Shown here: piece after piece, positions 38,252-58,895 of the stretch | How positions within the stretch are numbered: position 1 is the first letter of the stretch | How the letters are laid out: every line of letters begins with the position of its first letter | Source of the DNA: Emiliania huxleyi CCMP1516 | Taxonomy: Eukaryota | DNA length: 64,000 bases | Assembly: GCF_000372725.1 (NCBI RefSeq) | Contig: NW_005201176.1 | Span: forward strand, 1-64,000 | Direction: 5' to 3' | Made by a program: the position numbers and the translations under genes | The notes under the pieces: model-generated | What the model saw: only the letters and a program-made list of their open reading frames with translations | What the model was told of the DNA's origin: nothing | Database searches by the model: none

Positions 38252-40410
38252 TCTGTGTTTGGGTCACTGGACGGGTTGACGCAGTTGACGTGGCAGCAGC
38301 CTTTTGGCCAACTTAGTGGATGCAGTGTTGTCTGAGCCATGCACGTCTCAGGCTCTCCAGTCTCTTCGTTTGCATAGAACTCTGCCTTGCATTCCTTGCA
38401 CTCCGTGTGTAGATCCGGGTTGTCGGCAAATTCCCCGCACTGAATCTCCAAAAGATTCACGCAAGGTGTTTTTTTATTGTGGTTGTTGCCGCCGTTGGGG
38501 TCGTCGTCGTCGTCATCGATATCTGGAACAGGATAACTCCATGGAATACGCGGCGGTCTTGGTGTGCTAGGTGGTGGGGGTACCCGCCACCATGGCGGTG
38601 GAGACGGACGACTGGCTCCTGGGCTTGTCGGTGGGGCTGACGGTGAAGCGGGGCTGTGAGGAGGCCGAGGCGGCTGAGGAGCAAGCAAGTCATCATTGCA
38701 GCACCAGACACAACCATCACACCCAATCTCGCGTAGCGTGGCACAATTCATGACCATACATGCCGTTGGACAAGGTAGAGAGCTTTGCCAGTCGAGGTCA
38801 CACACGTATGTAAGTTCGGCGCGAAAGGTGTGCGACATGTTTGCGCAAGCCGAAGGGTCCATAAGCTGGTGCATGCATGTCTCGTTATGGGCTTGAACCA
38901 AGGCATTGCGTAGTGACTCATCATGGCAGAGCTGTCTGCTCTCGTTCGCCTCTGTTAGGAGCTGGGCCACAACCGCGTCGACGCTGGCAGCGATGACCAT
39001 GCTCATGTTGCACGTGCCATTCGTCGGTGCAGACGGGGTTGGAGTGGCCGGTGACGGTGCGCTTGGAGGCGGTGATGGCGGCGGCGGCGGCGAGGAGGGC
39101 GGCAAGCAGCCATAAGCGAGCGACCTGGTGCACTGGCTGCTGCCGTCCTTTGGCCCCCAGCACAGCCGGACCACGCCAGCCGTCTCGTCCTTCCAGGAGA
39201 AGTAGGACGAGCAGCTGCTGGCGTCCGCCTTGCTGCAGCCGGTGTCAATCAAGGTCCGCCCAACCGTGTCGCCGCAGCTGGGCGGCGAGGAGGGCGGCGG
39301 CATGAGAGGCTGCGGCGACGGCGGCGGTGAGGACGGCGGTGGGGCCGATGGCGGCGGGCCGGCCGGAGGCGGCGACACGGGCGGTGGCGGCAGAGGCGGC
39401 AACAGCGGCGGGGAGGCGGGCGGCAAGCAGCCATAAGCGAGCGACCTGGTGCACTGGCTGCTGCCGTCCTTGGGCCCCCAGCACAGCCGGACCACGCCAG
39501 CCGCCTCGTCCTTCCAGGAGAAGTAGGACGAGCAGCTGCTGGCGTCCGCCTTGCTGCAGCCGGTGTCAATCAAGGTCCGCCCAACCGTGTCGCTGCAGCT
39601 GGGCGGCGAGGATGGCGGCGGCGAGGGCGGAGAAGGCAGCGAGGGTGGCGGCGGCGGGTTGGGGAGGGGCACCACCGCGAGCGAGTTGGAGGTCATGCCC
39701 GCAACAAAGGCAAGGTTGCGCACCGTATCGAACGCGACGCCACGTGCAAAATCCATGTACGTCGTGTCGCTGACGCCACATCGCACGGAAGGGTTGGCTG
39801 GGTCTGCAACGGACACCACCGCGAGCGAATTGGAGGACAGTCCGGTCACGTAGACAAGCTCGCGCACCTCGTCGTACGCAACGCTGTGTGCAGAGTCCAT
39901 AAACTGCATGTCGACGACGCCGCCAACGACGGCTGGGTTGGTCGGGTCGGAGACGTTCACCACCGCGAGCGAATCGGAGAGATAGCAGCTCACGTAGACA
40001 AGCTTGCGCGCCTGATCGTACGCTACGCCGTATGCTCCGTCCAAGGCCTGCGCGTCGCTAACGCCGCCAACGACGGCTGGGTTCGTCGGGTCGGAGACGG
40101 ACACCACCGCGAGCGAGTTGGAGCCATAGCCGCCCACATAGACAAGCTCGCGCACCTCATCGTACGCCACAAGCCTCCCCTGTTGCATATATGTCGTGTT
40201 GCTGACGCCGCCAACGACGGCTGGGTTGGTCGGGTCGGAGACGTTCACCACCGCGAGCGAGTTGGAGTAACTGACACATACGTAGACAAGCTTGCGCGCC
40301 TCGTCGTACGCTACGCCAACTGGTCCGTCCAAGGACTGCGCGTCGCTAACGCCGCCAACGACGGCTGGATTCGTCGGGTCGGAGACGGACACCACCGCGA
40401 GCGAGTCGGA
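34068..40410 (-). CDS. Giant extracellular-type protein: LVIVD-like propeller repeats + 8 Cys-rich modules + polyproline + C-terminal NNLG..PEIRF..GRTFFFNG domain; 5' end unresolved
   Basis: 1871-aa ORF 34885-40500 plus downstream exons (~34870-34300, ~34225-34068, ending EFTFKVG..GRTFFFNGYSEPDCIDAP*); five 48-aa SLAVV.VSDPTNP repeats. Confidence 0.75.
35790..37740. repeat. Coding 321-bp (107-aa) tandem repeat, 6 copies, with 2 more at ~39100-39620
   Basis: Homologous points at 35960, 36281, 36602, 36923, 37244, 37565, 39230 and 39551. Confidence 0.95.
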
Positions 40411-41321
40411 GAGAGAGAGAGAGAGAGAGGAGAGAGGAGAGGGTGAGGGAGTGTGCACACGTGAGGAGTGGGGAGGGTGTCTGTGGTGGGCTGTAGTCAT
40501 ACTACGTGGTTACAGCCACGCGCCCCTCAGGAGCTAAGGTAGAGTGGAGCGTCCCAGACGCCTCGGTGCCTCCCACCGGGTGAGACCATCCGGGTCTATC
40601 TGCCGCGCCCTCCGGGCTGAGTGGTCCCCGCGATGGCCCACGGTCCTCCGTCGCCTGGTTGAACCCCCTGCCTCCCGGTCGACCCCCAGTCCTTGTACTC
40701 GACCATTAAATAAACTCAAAGGTCCACCACAGCCACCAGCCTCCACCTCCACCGTCGAGCCGCGATCGCTGCCGCCCGCGACGCCGCCCGCCGCGTCAGA
40801 TGCCCGCGACGCGCGCGTCGACTCGAGTCGGAGAGCCGCGCCGCACCAGCAGCAGGCCAGCATCTGCACCAGCAGCAGCACCACCACCACCAGCAGCAGC
40901 AGCAGAGAGAGGCGCCAATTTTGAGATATCCCGAGACAGCCCGGAGATGGCCCCGCGTTGTAGCCCCGGTGCCGGCGCCTCACATCTCAGCCTCGTACGA
41001 GGGGCCGGTTCCGCCGCGCAGTCGAGCAGCAGGAGCTCGGGCAGAACTTTGTCGACAGACAGGTTGAGCAAATTTTCGCCGAAGAAGCGGCACCGGCTGC
41101 ACGCCGGGATGAACCCGGACCGATCCCATTGTTCACAACCGCCGCGGCGAGCCGCCGCGGGCCCACAGAAGGGCTGGGAGCAGCGGCACTAGACCGCGCC
41201 GCCAGCGGGGCGAGAGCACCAGCCGACAACCTGCCGACATGGCAGTTGCGATGGCGCTTTCACACACACACATCCTCACTCTAGTCGCGCGCAAAATTCT
41301 TTTCTCAACGGCGCCTGTCCC

Positions 41322-43861
41322 ATGCCGCCGATCCACATCAAATCTCCTTTGTCGATGCCGCCGCTGCTCCACATCCTGCAGAACGTCAGTCATCCCGGCG
41401 CGCTCGAGCCTCTCCGCCGCTTCTACGACGGCCCGGCAAGCTCGTTCCGCGTCTTTATCGACGACGCTTGCGGCGCGCCCGGCCCCGACTGGCGGCGCAC
41501 GTGGGCGAGCCCGCGGCAGTGGGGCCTGACCGGCGAGAAGAACTGGGCGACTAAGTACGCAGCAGCGGGCTTCCTCCCGCGCATGGTCGAGCAGAGCCCC
41601 TTTGTCACGCCCGACTGGCGTGCCGCCAGTGCCTCGCTCGTCGTGCTCTTTGCGCGCAGCTACGCCGGCGGGCCTGCCCTGATGCAGCAGCAGTGCCTGC
41701 AGCGGCTGCGGCAGAGGAGCGCCGCGTGGCGCGCGACCAACGGCTCGCGCCACTTCTTCATCTTCACCGACTCGCGCGGCCCGCGCTGCCTCGACGGCTG
41801 CCCAAAAAGCACGCCAAACAGCCTGGTTGAGTCTCCGGCTCGCCCTCTCGCCCCATATAGGCCCGTGCTGCCTCGACGGCAAGTACAAGGACGTCGGCTT
41901 CCTCAACCACCACGTCATCGGACCACACGGCGAGCCGCGCCACTGTGTTTAGCCGAGATGTAGCCACGAATGCAGCCGAGATGTGCGGAGACGTAAGCCG
42001 AGCTGTAGTTTAGCAGAGAGCACTCTCTCATCGGACCAGGGCTATATATTAGCTGCCTCGGCTATAGCTCGGCTATAGCTCGAGCTATAGCTCGGCTACG
42101 TCTCCCGGCTGCAGGAGAGCCGCCGCTGCCATCGCCAGATGACGTCGCTGCGGGAGAGAGGGGCGCCGGCAGATGGTTCTTCCGGCGCGGTCGAGGGCCA
42201 AAGCTCAGATGCTTCGACGACGCCAAGGACGTCAACATTCCGACGCCGAACATTCACTTTCCGCGCTCGCCATTCGCCCCGCCTCTCCGGGCGCTGCCGA
42301 CCGGCGCCGCCGCGACGGCCGCCGGCCGCACGCTGCTCATGTTTTACGCGGGCTGGAACTATGACGTGCGCATGAAGCTGGTGCGGATGTACGGGCGCGA
42401 CAGCGAAGTTCACGTGCGAAAGGAGGTGCCGCCCTCCGAGTACGTCGACCGCATGCTCTCGGCCAAGTTCTGCCCGGTGTGCGGCGGTTTCTCGCAGTGG
42501 ACTCCCCGGCTGGCAGAGGCGATCTACTACGAGTGCGTCCCCGTCATCCTCTCGCCGCACATGCTGCCCCCGTGGTCGGAAATCCTCGACTGGTCCACCT
42601 TTGCCGTGCGCCTCGACCCCACCGCCGCCACACTGAAGGGCCTCAAGGCCCATCTCGCGAGCCTCGACCACGCGTCCCTCTTCCGCAACGTCCGCGCCGC
42701 CAAGCACGCGCTCACCTACCAACTCGACGGCTACACGGGCGCCGACCTGCTGCCGCTGCTGCCGTGCGAGACGCACAAGCGAGCGGCGGTGACATCATGG
42801 TGTGCCATCATCAGGCGCCGACCTGCTGCCGCTGCTGCTGTACGAGATGCACAAGCGAGCGGCGGTGTCCATACCGCCGCCGAGGGCGGTGCGCGAGCTC
42901 TCCAACAGCGTCGAGGCGGCGCGAGACTACGACGCCGGCGTTCCCAACGTGCCCTCGCAGAAGGCCCATGCGGTGAACGCCACGTCTTCGCTCCAGTTCG
43001 GGCGGGAGGCGCGGCGCTGCTCGACGTCCGCAGAAGAGATGAAGAGCGGAGTGCGCGCGCGACAGAGGACACGCGTGCCAGCAGGCGTGGCGCTGCTCGA
43101 CGTCGGACGGCTACATGTGCTCCTGCAGCAAGGAGAGGGCCAGGACGGCCGGCGTACGGCCAGGTGGTGCTGGCACCCCACCGCCTATTGCGCCCCTGGG
43201 CTGTCTCCTGTCCTCCCCGTTGGCGCGGGGTGCCAAAGGCACCGGCACACAGCGGCTCGTGTCTAGCCCCCTGCCCCCCTGCCCCCACCACGTCCATGTC
43301 CATGGTGTGTGTGGAGAAGTGCACCCCAGCCCAGACCCGACCTCGCACTTGCCCGACCTCGCCGCGCAGGCACCGGCGGCGGAGCCGCACCGGAGTCCGC
43401 TTTCGCGGCGGGCTCGAGCCCGGTTCCGACCCCGCACCCCGCCGGCCCGCTCGCGGAGGAGGCGTGGAGCGAGACGGGCCACGGGCACGAGCTTCACCAT
43501 TCGACGTGAATGAGGGGTCGTGCATGTTCTGAGCTCGCAGGTGCGGTGGGGCGGCGCGGGGCGGGTGGCACGCGAGCCCCGTCCTCATACAGTTAGGGAG
43601 GACATGCACAAGGACAAGGACCACTGACGGCTGATAGCGAGTTGAAGCTAGGACCCTCACTCACACCAAGATCGTGCATGCACAACATGTACATGTACAT
43701 GTCCCTCACTCCCATCTCGTCTCAGAGTCTGACCGTCTTATTTGTTCATGTGATTGCGAGTTTCGCAGGTGGAGCGGCACGAGCGGCACGAGCGCGCCAG
43801 TTTGCGCGCCGCAGCGTACAGGCATGCCGGCGCGGCCGAACCGCTCGGCGAGTGGTACTAA
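41322..43861 (+). CDS. Exostosin-family (GT47) glycosyltransferase, multi-exon
   Basis: WRATNGSRHFFIFTD.RG.C, CFDDAKDVNIP, LMFYAG, YVDRMLSAKFC..GGFSQWTPRLAEAIYYECVPVIL..LPPWSEILDWSTFAV; last exon VERHERHER..EWY* at 43770-43861. Confidence 0.85.
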
Positions 43862-44164
43862 CACGACTCGAGAGCGCCGCTGTACGAGAGCGCCTCTGGT
43901 GCACACCACCGCCGGTGTGCGGAAACAGGTACTCTCGCGCCACGGGCCGCCGCCCCCTCCCGGCTCCAAAGCCTAGAAGCGGAATACGTGTTCATGTCAT
44001 CCCAACCAGCACTCGAGAGAACACGTGCTCAACTGTGCTCGCACCCCTCGGTGCTCTGACTGCGCACACTGCACAAGACCGTCTTCCCGCCCTCACTCGG
44101 CGTATTCGCAACGTAGGCGCCAAAGACGTCTCGCTCGAGCCGTCCCGCGCGTGTCGTCGAAAAG

Positions 44165-52057
<7,893 letters not shown>

Positions 52058-52224
52058 GCTGTGGGTGGGGGGGGTGGGGGGCATCGCCGCTTGAGGCAAA
52101 AGGCCAATTTGGTCGGGCAATGATTTATTCCTTTTGAGCGCGCCTGCGTTATGAAGTATGCAATTCACGGCCCGGGAAGCCTGTCTGAGGAGAATTTTGA
52201 CTTCTCTCTATGGACTATTGGGCA

Positions 52225-53305
52225 CCTGTCCTACCCTACCCACCTGCGGGCGCGCGCATAACCACGACATTACGGTTCACGCGTTCGTTCAGGGCAAACG
52301 CCGCCTCCCGCGACGCGTCCCGTGCCCCAGCTCGGCTCCGGCGGGCTCGGCTCATTTCTTGGGTTTGCGTGCTGTGCAGGTCAGTTGTGAACGGACCAGT
52401 CCGCCCGTTGGCAATCGACAGAGCAGAAACGCACCCGCCCACAAGCAAACTTCATAAACTTGAGGCCGCCCACTGTAGGCATGCACCGCGGGCTGAAGCA
52501 CGTCCACTTGCGATCGCCAGAAGCACCTGCCTCGTTATCAACAAGCACTTCTGATTCGCGACATTGCCGCCGGGCAGCGGCAGACATTGCCGGTGTCGCC
52601 CCTCTTAGATTCCTCGATGCCGCCCCTTACAGCAAGATGCAACAAGCGGGTTGCTCACTCTTTGACGGTATGGACAGGGTATCGCCATGGCCTGCGAAGC
52701 CTGGGCAATGCTTCGTGACCTGCGAGGGCGAGGGTTCCGGCCGTGTAGGGTCGGGGCCGGGGTTGGGCTGGGGTGAGTCAGAGGCACGCACGTGAGTCTG
52801 AATCGTCGCCGAGTGTGCCCCCGCGCGTACGGCACCGTCGGCAGATACAGCCCCGCCCTTGAACTCCAGCTTCACCAGGTATATCTCGATCTTATACGCG
52901 AGCTGTTTCCCGCCGCCCCCGTTCTCGGTGGCGTAGCGGGAAGCTTTAATGGAAAACGCGTTGGCGTTGTTGGAAGCATCGACCTGGCCCACGAGCGTTT
53001 GGAACCACGCGTCGATCTTTTCACGCAGCTTGCTCATCATGGGCCTCACCACGTCGTTGTACGTGGCGCCGGAGGCTGGTATGAAAACCTTTTGCGTGCC
53101 GAAATGGATCGCATGCGGAGGCGTGAAGTTTGGGATTGCATAAGCTCCGTTGGGCAGGTCGTCGTCCACGCCCACCTCCACCGCGAACTCGTAGCTCGTG
53201 CCCTCGACCTCCACCGTCGGGTCCGTGGCCTTGGTGCCCACCTTGCGAGACCCGAGCCAGTCGGGATCACGTGCCGCCATCGACCGCACGCGCAAGGAGC
53301 GGGTC
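52225..53305 (-). pseudogene. Copy 2 (near-identical) of the MYND-containing segment
   Basis: Same sequence at an offset of ~2.0 kb; I noted two substitutions and a 2-bp indel. Confidence 0.6.
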
Positions 53306-53338
53306 GCGGCGGCACCAGCGCGGTGAGACCTGCTCGTG

Positions 53339-54007
53339 GGAAATTTTGGTGAGTCGTCTCAGTCTCACGTGAATTCGTCCCTGTCTCACTCTCAGCGTCT
53401 CAGCGGTGTCTCAATAGATCCATCACTCCGTCTCACTTCCGTCTCACTTCCGTCTCTGACTGCCTTCTCGTCCGTCTCAGCGCGGCAGGCTCCCGAGAGT
53501 GCCGAGATTGCCCAAGATAACCCGTGCAACCTCATGAGGTGGTCGGGGCAGTGTGGCAGGCGCCCGAGAGTACCCGAGATCGCCCTCGTGATGTGGTCTG
53601 ATGTGCAGTGGTCACCTCGGGGCAGTGGCAGGAGCCCAAGCACGCAACCTCGGGCAATCTCGGGCATTCTCGGGCGCCTCCCACTGCCCCCCACATCACG
53701 ACGTTGCACGGGTACTCTCGGGCAATCTGGGCACTCTCGGGCACTCTCGGGCGCTCTCGGGCGCTCTCGGGCACTCTCGGGAGCCTGTCGCGCTTGAGAC
53801 GGACGAGAAGGCAGGAAGAGACTGCGTGAGACGGAAGTGAGACGGAGTGATGGATCTGTTGAGACACCGCTGAGACGGCAGGAAGGAGAGACGGAAGTGA
53901 GACGGAAGTGAGACGGAGTGATGGATCTGTTGAGACACCGCTGAGACGCTGAGAGTGAGACAGGGACGAATTCACGTGAGACTGAGACGACTCAACGTGA
54001 CGCCCCT
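53339..54007. mobile_element. Foldback/MITE element with 108-bp inverted repeats and candidate 8-bp TSD
   Basis: 53350-53457 is the reverse complement of 53887-53994 (1 mismatch); tgctcgtg at 53331-53338 and 54008-54015; internal ctcgggca 10-mer repeats. Confidence 0.8.
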
Positions 54008-54294
54008 TGCTCGTGAGCGCCCACCTTTCCGTTCGATGATGTAGTTTTTATTTTTTCCTGTCCGCTCCCGGCCCCGCGTTGAGGGCAACGCGTGGGAATG
54101 CGTGGGATGGGCTCGCTATGGGTGGCGGGGGTTGCGGCCAACAGTACTCAACACTGTTTGGCACTTCGGGCGCCGGTGTGCGTATTTCTGTGGTGTCTAT
54201 TCAACTATTTCGGTCGTGAAGCGCCGCTGCGCCTGGTGTAGGAAAGAATTTTACAACAAAACTCCCTCGCACGACACTGGGCATAGGAAAGAAG

Positions 54295-55420
54295 CTAAGT
54301 TAAGGTGAGTTCTAACGAAGCCCAGTGTCCCCAAACAGCCCTCGTCGGGCAGCAATCCCTAGTTCTGGGGTTGTACTCAACCCCGACGCAGTCTCCTCCA
54401 CTGCACTGGTCAAAGCAAGCGTCGGTGCTGCGGCAGCCTCCGCATGACAAGAATCGATTGTTCCTGTCGTGTCGCTCACCCACACGATTGGCCGAAGTAA
54501 ATTCCACCGCGGTGGCCAGCAATCGCCACCACGTTGTCGATGTAGAGATCACACCACTTTTGATCCCGGTCGCCGTACACGATCTCGTCGCCGTGGCACT
54601 CTTTTTTCCCACAGCCGTCCCAATACACCTTGTATTCGCACATAGGCACCCCATTATAGTCTCTGCAGTTTTGTCCGTTTTTCCAGCCGCAGTTCAAAGG
54701 TCCCGTCGACAAAGTAGTCGCGCACCGCCGTGGACGTGGTCGACGCGTCTCGGAACTCGATCGTGTTTGTCTCCGAGCCGCACACGCCCCCCGACACCGT
54801 CGCACGAATGCGGGGGTAGTCGACGGTGGTCTGAGGCAGCCGGTAGAACCAGCAGCTCGGCGGGGCGGGCGGAGGCACCGCAATGTACGACAGCTCGACA
54901 ATCTCCTCGTTTGAGCCCTGCAGCGCCGCGCCGTTGCAGAAGTTATAAGCGCCGTTGTAACTGTAGCCGGATGCGAACTTGTATCCAGGAGTTGTTCCCA
55001 GGATCCAGCCGTGGTTGCGATCCTCCGGCTGACCAGTCCAGAAGCTGGCCGGCAGCCCGCTCATCGCGACGGAGCCAGAGACCAACGTCGAGTCGATTGT
55101 TACGTAGCCAGACTGGGTCCCGCTCACAAAGTAGTTGTACAGGCTGGTCTTGGCGGCGTCGGTGGCACCCCTGAACTGGATGGTCGTCGGGCTGCTGCCG
55201 CACGACCCGCCCGACACCGTCGCGCGGATGGCCAGCTCGCTGCTCGTCGGCCCGTCCGACGGGATGCGCTCGAACCAGCAGTCGTCGCTGTTCTTGGTGC
55301 CGTAGCTCACCGCTGACTCGAAGTCCGACCTGCTGTACGAGGAGCCGATCGGGCACGAGTAGAAGGTCTCGAACGAGGCCGGAGCGCTCGGCGACGGCGG
55401 CGGTGGTAGAGCCGCCGGCC
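54295..55420 (-). pseudogene. Chimeric Cys-rich extracellular gene fragment
   Basis: Two copies of CWF.R.P..IRATVSGG.CGS..I.FR.A..YFV.GT; after a frameshift, Cys-rich sequence with a PAN/apple-like CFDQC..DCVGVEYN..C. Confidence 0.45.
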
Positions 55421-55659
55421 GGGGTGGGGCGCGCGCGGGGGCGGCGGGTGTGCGGCGGGTGTGCGGGATGTCTGTGGGCCCGTCCGAGCAGAGGGGGCGT
55501 CCTGCAGTTAAGGGGAAACCCGGTAGCGGTACGCGGGGCCAACCCTCGGAGACCCGTGAGATGTAGGACCTGAATTCTTTCTTTTTCGAAGCCTGTGTTA
55601 GTGCCAGTGCGCGCCAATCCCGTGCCCAGTGTCGTGCGAGAGTGAGTGAGTCACACACA

Positions 55660-55940
55660 TTGATTGATTGATGGGAAGGCGAAACACAGTCCGACCAACG
55701 ACTGGGACACCAACGCGGTATGGGTGGACGCAGGACGGGCGATGACGGTCACACAGGAGCGACACACAGAACCACAAGACAAGACACACACACACACACT
55801 CGTTGATTGATTGATGGGAAGGCGAAACACAGTCCGACCAACGACTGGGACACCAACGCGGTATGGGTGGACGCTAGACGGGCGATGACGGTCACACAGG
55901 AGCGACACACAGAACCACAAGACAAGACACTCAGCCAACG
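55660..55940 (-). repeat. Two tandem copies of repeat family C
   Basis: 55660-55786 and 55803-55940, separated by (CA)n. Confidence 0.92.
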
Positions 55941-56158
55941 TGCGGCTGCCACACATCCTGAGCGAACTCCCTAGTCGCCCGCGGCCGGACTCCATCCGGC
56001 ACGCGTCGCTGGGCACTCAGAGCCGCGTCCCCTGCTCGCCACCCCGACGCCCAAGGCGCCCGAATCGAACGACACTCGTGCGAGCGAGGTTTTTTCTCTT
56101 TTTTCAAGAAATGTCCGCGAACGCCAACATTTGCTCAGGCGTCTCTGGCTAACTCGCT

Positions 56159-58846
56159 ATGCTGCTCAAGCTCTTCAAGGCCCTCACCCAGTGTGTGACC
56201 ATCATCCTCATCGGCTGTCTCAGCCGCCGCCTCGCCCTCTTCTCTCCGTCTGAGGCGGCAGGCATCTCGGCGTTTGTGGGGAGGCTCGCGATGCCCGGCT
56301 TGCTCTTTCTTGCCATGGCCGAGCTCGAGATTGACAGCGAGGCGTGGCGGCTCGTTGCGGCCATCTCCGCCGCCAAGGGCCTCGTATTTGCCATCACTGC
56401 CGGACTCTGCCTCTCTGCGCTCTGCCGCCGCACGAGCGACAGTGTGCCCTTCGCAGAGCGCAAGGCAACCTGGCTCGGGCGGGCGGGCCTGTACGCGATC
56501 GCGACGACGCAGAGCAACGACTTCGCGCTCGGGCTGCCTCTGTGCGCCGCAATTTGGGGCGGGCGCTTCGACTCTACAATCTACCTCGCAGCGCCGGTCC
56601 AGCTGGCGCTGCTCAACCCGCTCGGTTTCGCGCTTCTGGAGGCGGGCGCCGAGGCGGGCGTTGAGGCGGCCGAGGCGCGGCTTCTGCCGAGCGGCGGCGG
56701 TGGCGGTGCGACCGGCTCGCGCCGCCAGCTCGCCCGCGTGTGCAGCAAGGTGCTGCGCTCTCCGCTAGTCTTCTCGGTCGTGGTTGGCTCCGCGGTCCGA
56801 GCGGCGCTGCAGGCGGGCGGGCACGCAGCGCTGCCGGAGCTGGTGGGGGGGGTGTTCGAGCCCTTCCAGCAGGCCTTCGCCGCGACGGCCCTGGTCACGC
56901 TCGGCCTCTCCCTCCGCACCTCGCTCAAGCCCCTGGCGTCGGAGCCTCTCTGCGCCACCGGCGTCCTCTGCGGCAAGGCGAGAGACAGCCGCGATGCGAG
57001 AGACAGCCTAGAACCAGCCGAGGTTTGCACCGCCTGCGTCCTCTGCGGCAAGGCGAGAGACAGCCGCGATGCGAGAGACAGCCTAGAACCAGCCGAGGTT
57101 TGCACCGCCTCCGTCCTATGTGGAAAGGCGAGAGACAGCGGAGACACTGCCCGGAGACACTGCCCGGTCACGTACCGGAGACTGAACCCCTCCTAGCACC
57201 GCCTGCGCAGCCACACGCGCCCACAGTGTCATCCGCCCCCCCCCCCCCCCCTCCACCTTTGGACCCAAGGGGCTCGCCATGGCGTTTCTCACCCGCGCCC
57301 TCGGGGAGTTCTTCGGAGTCGCGGACGCGGACGCCCTCTAATTCCCCTTCCTGGACGGGATNNNNNNNNNNNNNNNNNNNNNNNNNNNNNNNNNNNNNNN
57401 NNNNNNNNNNNNNNNNNNNNNNNNNNNNNNNNNNNNNNNNNNNNNNNNNNNNNNNNNNNNNNNNNNNNNNNNNNNNNNNNNNNNNNNNNNNNNNNNNNNN
57501 NNNNGGAAGAGCCCCCCCATATAGGGGTGGGGGCCCCCGGCCCCACCCAACACCCCACACACCACGCCGGAGTCGCCGCCGGCCCTGCCCCCTCCTACCC
57601 GGCGCCCCCCCGTTGCCGCCCCTCAGGCACCCGCCCGATGCGCTCGCCGCCATCCAGCTGCTCGGCCTCGTCGTCTCGGTCCCTCTCCTCCTCGTCTCGA
57701 CGGTGGCGGTCGAGCTCCCCGCCGCCTCCGCCGCCTCGGCTGCGAGCCTTCACAGCTGCGCCCTCCTCCGCCACGTCGCCCTCGGCGCAGCTGCCGCCTC
57801 CGCCGCCGCCTCGGCCTTCGCCGTCGCGCGGCTCGCACACGGCGGCCGCCGCCTCGCCTCGCTCGGCGCCGGCACGGCACGCTGGCTCGGGCTCATGGCG
57901 AGCACTTGCGGCTGCCTCGCCGCGGCCGTTCTGGCGGAGCAGATTTGGGGCTCGTGCGCCACGCCCTCCTCCTCCTCCGCCGCCGCCGCCGCGCCGCCGG
58001 TTGCGACGGGCGAGCTTCTGCTCAACGGCCTCGTCGACTGGTGCCTCTTCTTCCTCCGCGGCCAGGCGGCGGCGCTCGCCGTCTTGATGGCGCAGCAGTC
58101 GTGCCCCGACCGGTCGAGCCGCTCGACGGCCGCCTAATGAATAGTTAATTAATAGTTAATGAGTAGTCAACTATTAATTAGGTCGAGCCGCTCGACGGCC
58201 GCCGGGCAGCAGCGATCGCGGAGGCTCGGGATCGGGCTGGCGGCGCTGCTCCCCGCCCTGGCCGAGGTGGCGGGCGCCGTCGACCCGCAGCGCGTACAGC
58301 TGATGATGAGCTTCGCGTGCCGGCCGACGCCGCGGGTGAAGGTGCTGGTCCACGCCTCGCTCAACGTGCTCTACGCGCTGGCCATCATCCTCTCCCTCGG
58401 CCTCATGCGCCTCGCCCCGACGCCGGCCGCCGCAGGTCCGCCCTCGGATCTGCCAGAGGGGGGGATGTCGGAGGGGATCGCCGCTGCCACGGCGCCTCGT
58501 GGCGACGGCAGCGGCGGAGTGGCCAGCCGTGGCGACGCCGCAGGGGGCGGCTGCCGCACCTCGTCTCCTTGCGCGGCTGCGCCTGAGGTCGGGGCGCCGG
58601 GCGCCGAGGGGGCCGTGCGCGCGGCGGCGGTCTCGACGACGCCCTCGACGGCCGACGTTTTGGCGCCGCTGCAGGCGCCGCGAGCGACCGCTCAACCTAC
58701 CGCCGCTGCCCCGCCAAAGTTCCTCCGCCCCACAGCGCGGCTCGGCCACACCGTGCCCGTGCCCGCCGCCGCCTCGTCGCCAACCCGGGCGTTGGGCATG
58801 CCGCTGCTGCGTGGCGACTCCCACTTTGAGGCGGAGATAGAAGGCA

Positions 58847-58895
<49 letters not shown>

